Assembly (NCBI GenBank): GCA_019058015.1
Contig: JAHLWH010000222.1
Span: 1-23,584, forward strand
Source of the DNA: Promethearchaeota archaeon
GTDB lineage: Archaea > Asgardarchaeota > Lokiarchaeia > Sigyniarchaeales > SOKP01
Direction of reading: 5' to 3'
Length of the DNA stretch: 23,584 bases
Both the position numbers and the translations under genes were made by a program. Below are positions 17,302 through 23,584 of this stretch, piece after piece (within the stretch, counting starts at the first letter, position 1; every line of letters starts with the position of its first letter). Below the pieces are notes generated by a model. It saw nothing but the letters and a program-made list of their open reading frames with translations, did no database searches and was not told the origin of the DNA.

Positions 17302-19202
17302 GTATGCCTTATTTTGCTGAAGAAATTCCTGGCAAGCGTGTAATAATGCTAGGAAATGAAGCTATTGCTCGAGGGATACTTGAAGCTGGTGTTGTAATTG
17401 GGGCGGGTTACCCAGGTACACCATCATCAGAAATCTTGGATACACTTGCAAAGATGAAACCTTATTACCCACATTTAAACATTGAGTGGAGTATCAATGA
17501 AAAAGTTGGGTTTGAGGTTGCGTATGGTGGGTCTATGTCTAATGCAAGATCCGTAGCTTTAATGAAACATGTAGGATTAAATGTTGCATCAGATGCGTTT
17601 ATGACTGCTTGTTACGCAGGTGCTCGTGGAGGAATGGTTGTGGTTTCTGCCGATGATCCAAACTGTTTTTCATCCCAAAATGAGCAAGATAATCGTTATT
17701 TCGGCCTTCATGCTTTAATTCCCGTGTTTGAACCCTCTACTGCCCAAGAGGCTAAGGATTTAATCAAATATGCATTTGAATTCTCCGAGGAGCATCATAC
17801 AATTGTACTATTTAGGACTACGACTCGCTTGAATCACGGTCGAGGTGATGTTATGCTTGGAGAGATTCAAAATATTGACCGTCCTTATGGATTTGATTGG
17901 GATCGCGCACGTTGGGTTTGTTTGCCTTCACATTCGCGTGTCCTTCGCACCAAACTACTCGAGCGATTTGAGAAGATCTCCAATCTTGCCGATGAATTTC
18001 CCTTCAATTCTCTTAAATTATCTTCCGAAAAAATCAATGGAATTCGTTATGGTTTTATTGCTGCAGGTATTCCTTATGCCCAATTAATTGACACACTCAT
18101 TGATTTTGGCTTGGAAAATAAAGTTTCTATCCTTAAACTGGGTATGGTAATTCCTCCACCTAAAAAACTTATTAGAAAATTACTTTCTTCTGTAGATAAA
18201 ATATTAGTGGTTGAAGAACTAGAACCAATTATAGAAAACATTCTGAAACAACTTGCATATGAAAATAAATTGGTAAATGAAGTTGAAATACATGGTAAAG
18301 ATTATTTCCCTCAACAAGGAGAATTCTCAGGAGAAATATATTTGGAGAAAGTAGCAAATTTCATTGGGATAAAATTCGAAAAAAACTCTATTCCTGATAT
18401 TAAGATATCACTTCCTCCACGGCTCCCTGTGTTGTGCCCAGGTTGTAGTCACCGTTCCACTTTTTATGCGATCACATTACTAGAGAAAGAATTAAAATTA
18501 AAATTTATTAATTCTAGTGACATTGGGTGTTATACACTGGCAGTATATAAACCTCTTGAATGTGTGGATACTGAAATATGTATGGGTGGCTCCATTGGAT
18601 TGGCAAATGGATTTGCTAAGATTCACTCCACTGAAAATCCAATATTAGCGATACTAGGTGATTCTACTTTTTTCCATTCTGGAGTTCCAGCCTTAATAAA
18701 TGCTGTCTATAACCAAAATAATATACTAGTTGTTATATTAGATAATAGATCGACAAGTATGACGGGATTTCAAGATAATCCCGGGACTGGAATAAAAATT
18801 ACAAAAGAACCTGGGACTCGTGTTGTAATAGAAGAACTTGTTCGTGGATGTGGAGTTCCATCCGAAAATATATGGGTAGAAGATTCAAATAATTTGAATA
18901 AAATGGTTGAAAAATTACGAGAAGCTGTGAAATCTCAAGGTGTAAGAGTTTTCATCTCAAGACATCTTTGTTCCTTGTTAGAAGAAAGAGAGTTTCGATT
19001 AAAGCAGATTCAAATACCCGTTGTAAAAGTAGATCCCTCTAAATGCAAAGGATGTCTTATCTGTGTTAATCAATTTGGTTGTCCAGCTCTTTCTTTCGAT
19101 AGTGAAGAGAAAAAAACAAATATTGATCAAGAAATCTGCCGTGGATGTAAAGTATGCATTAGTGTATGCCAATACGACGCTATATATGAGGAGATAAATT
19201 AA
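17298..19202 (+). CDS. iorA: indolepyruvate:ferredoxin oxidoreductase alpha subunit
   Basis: Motifs GNEAIARG, GYPGTPSSE, NEKV, SSQNEQDNR, LCPGCSHR, SDIGCY and GDSTFFHSG...LDN (TPP binding), plus a C-terminal 2x[4Fe-4S] domain. There is an ATGA overlap with iorB and AGGAGG at 17284-17289. Confidence 0.95.
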   Translation: MSMPYFAEEIPGKRVIMLGNEAIARGILEAGVVIGAGYPGTPSSEILDTLAKMKPYYPHLNIEWSINEKVGFEVAYGGSMSNARSVALMKHVGLNVASDAFMTACYAGARGGMVVVSADDPNCFSSQNEQDNRYFGLHALIPVFEPSTAQEAKDLIKYAFEFSEEHHTIVLFRTTTRLNHGRGDVMLGEIQNIDRPYGFDWDRARWVCLPSHSRVLRTKLLERFEKISNLADEFPFNSLKLSSEKINGIRYGFIAAGIPYAQLIDTLIDFGLENKVSILKLGMVIPPPKKLIRKLLSSVDKILVVEELEPIIENILKQLAYENKLVNEVEIHGKDYFPQQGEFSGEIYLEKVANFIGIKFEKNSIPDIKISLPPRLPVLCPGCSHRSTFYAITLLEKELKLKFINSSDIGCYTLAVYKPLECVDTEICMGGSIGLANGFAKIHSTENPILAILGDSTFFHSGVPALINAVYNQNNILVVILDNRSTSMTGFQDNPGTGIKITKEPGTRVVIEELVRGCGVPSENIWVEDSNNLNKMVEKLREAVKSQGVRVFISRHLCSLLEEREFRLKQIQIPVVKVDPSKCKGCLICVNQFGCPALSFDSEEKKTNIDQEICRGCKVCISVCQYDAIYEEIN

Positions 19203-19206
19203 GAAC

Positions 19207-20583
19207 ATGACAAATCTTTTTTTTTTTCCAAAAACAATTGCAGTAATTGGTGCTACAGCCAATCCAAAAAAATTTGGAAATGCTGTGACAATTAATATTC
19301 TTAAAAATAAAAACCTCCAAAGTGAATTATTTCTTATATCACCTCGAAATCAAGAAATTTATGGATTAAAAACTCATAATTCCGTTTTAAATGTTCCAAA
19401 GGATATAGATCTAGCTATTATTTTAGTTCCTGCTGGTATTGTAGAATCGGTCGTGGATCAATGCATAGAAAAGAAGGTTAAACGCATAATCATTGTGTCT
19501 GCCGGATTTGGAGAAATAGATGAGAAAGGGAAAAAAATTGAAGCAGAAATAGCTAAAAAGTGTAAAGAAGCTGGAATTAGAGTTATGGGACCCAATTGCG
19601 TAGGAATACAAAATATAGATATTGGTCTTAATGCTTCTTTTATTAAATCAGCTCCTAAAGGCAATATTGGCATGATAAGTCAATCTGGTTCATTTGGATG
19701 TGCATGTTTTTACGAGATGGAACGACATGATTTGGGATGCTCCAAGTTTGCCAATATTGGAAATAATATTGATGTATCTTTTGGTGAGATCCTCGAGTTC
19801 TTCAAAGAAGATGAAAATACTCAAATAATTTGTATATATCTGGAAACCATTACTGATGGTAAAGCTTTTTATGAAATAATAAAAGATATCATCCCATTAA
19901 AACCAATAATTGCCCTAAAAGGTGGTAGAACTACTTCAGGAATGAAAGCAGCTAGCAGTCATACGGGTTCCATGGCTACAGATTATAAAATGCTTAAAAC
20001 TGCAATAAAACAAGCTGGAGCAGTTATGTGTGAAAATGTTTCTGATTATATTACGGCAATTAGAACATTCTCATTTTTACCACTTCCAAAAGGAGAAAAA
20101 ATCGGGGTCTTGACTAATAGTGGAGGTAGTTCTGTTTTATTTAGCGATAAGGCTGAAGAATTTGGCTTAAAACTTGCTGAATTCTCTGAAGAACTTAAAA
20201 AAAAAATGGGTCCTCATTTAATATCATTAGTAAAAATGGTAAATCCACTTGATATGATTGGAGTAGCAGAAGAAGAACAATATTACAATATCACAAAAGC
20301 AATGCTCGAAGACCCGGGAATAGATATAGTTGTTGCATGCATTGTAATTCCTCCCTTTCTAGAAATGAAATCTGATGAGCATTATCGAGGTATAACTCGG
20401 GCGTGGAACGATACTGGAAGAGGGAAACCAGTAATCCCGTTAATTATGTTTAGTGAAGGATTTCAAAATCTTAAAGATTTAGCAAAAAAAGAAAAAACAA
20501 CCATATACTTCACACCACATGAGGCGGCGTATGCATGTTTTTTATTAATTGACCGAATGAAAATTTTACAATTAAATAAATAA
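19207..20583 (+). CDS. acdA: acetate/acyl-CoA ligase (ADP-forming), alpha subunit
   Basis: Motifs PKTIAVIGAT, SAGFGE, GPNCVG, ISQSG, IYLE, KGGRT..G..AASSHTGS (phospho-His), TNSGG and NPLDM. No ATP-grasp beta domain is present. Confidence 0.9.
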   Translation: MTNLFFFPKTIAVIGATANPKKFGNAVTINILKNKNLQSELFLISPRNQEIYGLKTHNSVLNVPKDIDLAIILVPAGIVESVVDQCIEKKVKRIIIVSAGFGEIDEKGKKIEAEIAKKCKEAGIRVMGPNCVGIQNIDIGLNASFIKSAPKGNIGMISQSGSFGCACFYEMERHDLGCSKFANIGNNIDVSFGEILEFFKEDENTQIICIYLETITDGKAFYEIIKDIIPLKPIIALKGGRTTSGMKAASSHTGSMATDYKMLKTAIKQAGAVMCENVSDYITAIRTFSFLPLPKGEKIGVLTNSGGSSVLFSDKAEEFGLKLAEFSEELKKKMGPHLISLVKMVNPLDMIGVAEEEQYYNITKAMLEDPGIDIVVACIVIPPFLEMKSDEHYRGITRAWNDTGRGKPVIPLIMFSEGFQNLKDLAKKEKTTIYFTPHEAAYACFLLIDRMKILQLNK

Positions 20584-20611
20584 TTTCCTTTATTCTGGCT
20601 TCAATATTATG

Positions 20612-21769
20612 TTATTTATTCTTTTTTAATCTTTGTTCTTTTCTTAATCTCTTCTTTTCTAATTTCTCTTTGACAGTACAATAAATAGGACCTATTAATC
20701 CAGACATATAACAAGAATTGCAACTAATACAATATGCTGGTGAAATATCACCATTCTTCCAACGATTTGGAAGATCTGGTTCACGAATCAATGGTCTACA
20801 CATTGAAATGAAATCAATTATTTTATCTTGAAGAAATTTTTCAACAGTTATAGGATTTTTAACTCCACCCATAAGGATAGCGGCACAATCTTTCATATAT
20901 GGTCTAATTTCTTTAATATTTTGCAGAAAGTAGTTTTCTTCTTCTGGACCAATATTTTGTTTACTAGGGAGTGCATTTTTAGTCCCAATTAAAGATTCTC
21001 CCATCCCTCCTGACACTTCAATTGCATCATAACCCGTGTCTATAACAATTTTGGCAATTTTCTTTCCCTCTTCTAAGGTCATACCTTCAGGAACACCATC
21101 TTCAGTCTGTAATTTAATTGTGATAGGAAAATTTTTTCCAACCTCTTCTCTCAATTGGTTATAAATCTCAACCAAGATTTTAGTTCTCCCTTTAGTGTCT
21201 CCTCCATATTCCCCAGTACGTTTATTTGAATAAGGAGAAATGAAATTACTGAGTAAATATCCGTGTGCAGCATGTAGTTGCACCATATCATAACCAATAT
21301 CATAAGCCCTCCGACCTGCATTTACAAATTTTTTTATAATTTCTCTAATTTCATCGTCTGTTAATTCACGAGGTACTCGATTGACTGACTTATCTGGAAT
21401 TGATGAAGGTCCAACCGCTTCAAATTTTGGATGTGTCGATTGACGACCCGTATGCGCAAGTTGAGCCGCAAATTTTACATCAGCATAATCATGAATGGCA
21501 TCAACTAACTTTTTTTGTCCTGAGACAAATGAATCATTGTATAAAGCTGGGCTGTTAGGCATAACCGAATAACCTAATTCTATATTGATAAATCCCGAAA
21601 TTATCAATCCAATTCCTCCTTCAGCCAAATCTGTATAATTTTTAATATATTTATCGTTTATGGTGCCATCTTTATTGGCTAACCTTTCGGATGTGGCTGA
21701 TCGAATAATTCTATTCTTAATTTGAACATTTCCAATTTTTCTCGGACTAAAAAGATTTTTTAATTCCAT
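20612..21769 (-). CDS. NADH:flavin oxidoreductase (Old Yellow Enzyme family) with C-terminal Cys cluster
   Basis: Motifs KNRIIRSAT, QLAHTGRQ, HAAHGYLLSNFISP..NKRTGEYGG, RPLIREPDLP and CISCNSC...C. Confidence 0.92.
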   Translation of the reverse strand: MELKNLFSPRKIGNVQIKNRIIRSATSERLANKDGTINDKYIKNYTDLAEGGIGLIISGFINIELGYSVMPNSPALYNDSFVSGQKKLVDAIHDYADVKFAAQLAHTGRQSTHPKFEAVGPSSIPDKSVNRVPRELTDDEIREIIKKFVNAGRRAYDIGYDMVQLHAAHGYLLSNFISPYSNKRTGEYGGDTKGRTKILVEIYNQLREEVGKNFPITIKLQTEDGVPEGMTLEEGKKIAKIVIDTGYDAIEVSGGMGESLIGTKNALPSKQNIGPEEENYFLQNIKEIRPYMKDCAAILMGGVKNPITVEKFLQDKIIDFISMCRPLIREPDLPNRWKNGDISPAYCISCNSCYMSGLIGPIYCTVKEKLEKKRLRKEQRLKKNK

Positions 21770-21795
21770 AATGATCTACTTTAATCTCAAAATAT

Positions 21796-22581
21796 CTATA
21801 ACTTATTGATTGATGTCGTCATTCCACCATCGATAACTATGTTTTCTCCCGTGATATAATCAGATGCTGGTGAAGCCAAAAATAAACAAGCATTTGCAAC
21901 ATCAGCTTTTGTTCCAAATCTATTCAATGGGATTTTAACATTTCTCAAATCTAAAAGTTTTTGAGCCAATTCAGGATCATCACCGTATATTTTCGTAATA
22001 TGAACCCCAGGTGAAATAGAATTAACTGTGATTCTCGGTGCTAATTCAAGAGCCCACAATTTAGTAAAACAAATCAATGCTGCTTTACTTACACTATACA
22101 TCCCAATAGCTGGATTTGGTTCTATACCCGCACATGAAGCAATATTAATTATTTTACCTGTAACAGGTGCAAATTTTTGTAACCTCATTTTCCGAAAAAA
22201 ATTTCTAACTAATAACCAAGGACCTTTAAGATTTACATCCATTACCCTATCATAATTCTCAATTGGGCAAGATAATGATTTATAAAGACCTCCATTTATT
22301 CCGGCATTATTTACTAAGACAAATACATTATCAAACTTCTTGAATACTTCCTTACTCATTTCTTTCACTTTATCTGCATCAGAGATATCCATTTGGTAAA
22401 GAAGTATTTCACAATCATGCGATTTTAAAATTATCTCTCTTGTTTCTTCAAGTGATTCCAAATCGATATCGTTTAACACTAAGTTTGCACCCTCTCTTGC
22501 ATATGTGATTGCGATCTCACGCCCAAATCCAGAACCCGCTCCAGTAATTAGACCCACTTTTCCTTCTAAAATTCTTACCAT
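21796..22581 (-). CDS. short-chain dehydrogenase/reductase (FabG-like)
   Basis: Motifs TGAGSGFG, NNAG, YSVSK catalytic motif, VNSISPG and YITGENIVIDGG. Confidence 0.93.
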   Translation of the reverse strand: MVRILEGKVGLITGAGSGFGREIAITYAREGANLVLNDIDLESLEETREIILKSHDCEILLYQMDISDADKVKEMSKEVFKKFDNVFVLVNNAGINGGLYKSLSCPIENYDRVMDVNLKGPWLLVRNFFRKMRLQKFAPVTGKIINIASCAGIEPNPAIGMYSVSKAALICFTKLWALELAPRITVNSISPGVHITKIYGDDPELAQKLLDLRNVKIPLNRFGTKADVANACLFLASPASDYITGENIVIDGGMTTSINKL

Positions 22582-22605
22582 AAATAATTACACCTCTAAT
22601 TATTT
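22582..22605 (-). promoter_or_regulatory. Shine-Dalgarno GAGGTG in the loop of a perfect 9-bp inverted repeat abutting the SDR start codon
   Basis: The minus strand reads AAATAATTA-GAGGTG-TAATTATTT-ATG. Confidence 0.5.
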
Positions 22606-22664
22606 TTCTTTGTATTTTTCTTATATATTCGAAATTAATTAAAATTTAAGTTCCTTCCGCTAAA

Positions 22665-22693
22665 AATTGGTCTATTCGATAATAATTGGTCTA
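22665..22693. repeat. 10-bp direct repeat in divergent intergenic region
   Basis: AATTGGTCTA occurs at 22665-22674 and 22684-22693 (19-bp period). Confidence 0.5.
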
Positions 22694-22765
22694 AAAATCA
22701 ATTAATAATGACTTCACGTATAATTTAAATATTAAATAAAAAAATGAAAAAAAGCGAGTAGAAAG

Positions 22766-23308
22766 TTGTTAGAAGCATTTTATGGTTGGAATGGTATGCA
22801 AAATTTTATAAATTGGTTTAGTAGCTTAAGTTCGATCCAGCAAATTATCATATCATGTGTAGGATTTGCACTTGCAGTGGCTATTATTGTGCTAATTTGT
22901 ATTGGTCTTGCTTATCTATTAAAATATATTTTTATGGGACTTTTCTATATACTGGAGAAACTTTTTAAAGGGTTCCATATAATCTTTAAGAAATTATATG
23001 AAATATTAGCAGGGAAATCAAGTTCGGAGAAAAGTGTTGAACCAATATACAATGAAAAAATTGAAGAGAACCGCTACATTAAGAAACCTATTATAATATT
23101 ACATAAAAAAACAAATAAATCATCAGAACATGAGCAAGGATTAGAATATAGTTATTGCCCAGAATGTGGAATTAGATTCACTGAGAGAATGAATGATCGC
23201 TTAAATTTAAATGGCAAAACTTATTGTGTAAATTGTGGTCAAAGTTTTATTATTGAACAACAAATTATTAATCCACCTATGGTAAAATCTTTTGCAAATT
23301 ATAAATAA
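22766..23308 (+). CDS. membrane-anchored protein with C-terminal zinc ribbon
   Basis: Hydrophobic stretch IIISCVGFALAVAIIVLICIGLAYLL, followed by CPECG...CVNCG. The start is uncertain (TTG 22766 or a downstream ATG). Confidence 0.75.
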   Translation: MLEAFYGWNGMQNFINWFSSLSSIQQIIISCVGFALAVAIIVLICIGLAYLLKYIFMGLFYILEKLFKGFHIIFKKLYEILAGKSSSEKSVEPIYNEKIEENRYIKKPIIILHKKTNKSSEHEQGLEYSYCPECGIRFTERMNDRLNLNGKTYCVNCGQSFIIEQQIINPPMVKSFANYK

Positions 23309-23326
23309 AATTTAAAATTTTTTATT

Positions 23327-23584
23327 TTAAATTTGAAGTGGATAAGTTCCAAATTTTTTAGTAGTTTCAATCATCCATTTAATGCGCTGATATGACATAG
23401 CAGGATGAGAATTAGAAGGAGAAAGAATGTATCCACCCCCGGGACCTAAGATTTTAATTGCTTGTTTTACTGCATCCTCAACTTCCTTTTTATTGGCATT
23501 TACTAGGATATGTGTAGTATCAATATTTCCTAGCAGGCACAATTTATCACCTAATTTCTTTTTTACTAACTGTAAATCTACATA
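23327..23584 (-). CDS. uroporphyrinogen decarboxylase / MtaA-CmuA methyltransferase family protein, C-terminal part (runs off window)
   Basis: The frame is open to the window edge: YVDLQLVKKKLGDKLCLLGNIDTTHIL...GPGGGYILSPSNSH, a typical URO-D-family C-terminus. Confidence 0.85.
   Translation of the reverse strand, partial: YVDLQLVKKKLGDKLCLLGNIDTTHILVNANKKEVEDAVKQAIKILGPGGGYILSPSNSHPAMSYQRIKWMIETTKKFGTYPLQI

Noticed and set aside
20197-20206. A10 run in acdA, and the A9 run at ~1901-1909 in aor
   Set aside because: Both are in-frame poly-Lys codons and cause no disruption. They show that such runs are common here, which also tempers the AOR frameshift finding.
1938-22255. Short overlapping ORFs in the track (1938, 2723, 3313, 3359, 5644, 7283, 8942, 9525, 11452, 13174, 13429, 14992, 16554, 17845, 18999, 19423, 19458, 22028)
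   Set aside because: All lie antisense or out of frame on well-supported genes and have no recognisable motifs, so I treated them as shadow ORFs.
22744-22761. Mini-ORF ATG AAA AAA AGC GAG TAG that would fuse to the 22766 ORF if one A were removed
   Set aside because: A TATA-like TTAAATAA at 22732-22739 fits a start near TTG 22766 better, and there is no evidence for the extension.
1-23584. CRISPR arrays, tRNA/rRNA, C/D-box sRNAs, IS elements
   Set aside because: I saw no regularly spaced repeats, GC-rich structured segments, paired C/D boxes or transposase ORFs. Intergenic regions are short and AT-rich. This was manual inspection only; Infernal or tRNAscan would be decisive.

Overview
This is an AT-rich archaeal window, roughly 30% GC by eye. 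The gene content (chaperonin GGM tail, two tungsten-family AORs, IorAB, ADP-forming acyl-CoA synthetase, A/V-type ATPase subunit A) and TATA-type promoters suggest an anaerobic heterotrophic archaeon, plausibly Asgard/Lokiarchaeia; the taxonomy is inference only. It is mostly catabolic genes: an Fe-ADH plus AOR operon (AOR split by a frameshift at an A9 run), a GH106-like glycosidase, a eukaryote-type xylulokinase, a divergent class III PLP enzyme, a small Zn-binding protein, an acyl-CoA ligase, a second intact AOR, iorB-iorA-acdA, an OYE-family oxidoreductase, an SDR, a membrane Zn-ribbon protein and a partial URO-D-family gene. The most unusual items are: (i) a 5'-truncated orphan atpA joined head-to-head to a probably 5'-truncated gene at ~15170, indicating a deletion or misassembly; (ii) a class III PLP enzyme with a phospho-lyase-like KIKPP motif sharing a divergent promoter and a 14-bp palindrome with a sugar kinase; (iii) the -1-compatible A9 frameshift in AOR; (iv) an in-frame TGA inside the chaperonin GGM tail. 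I saw no rRNA, tRNA, CRISPR array or mobile element, and no clearly new multi-gene system is demonstrable from the sequence alone. Motif comparisons are from memory; no database searches were run.
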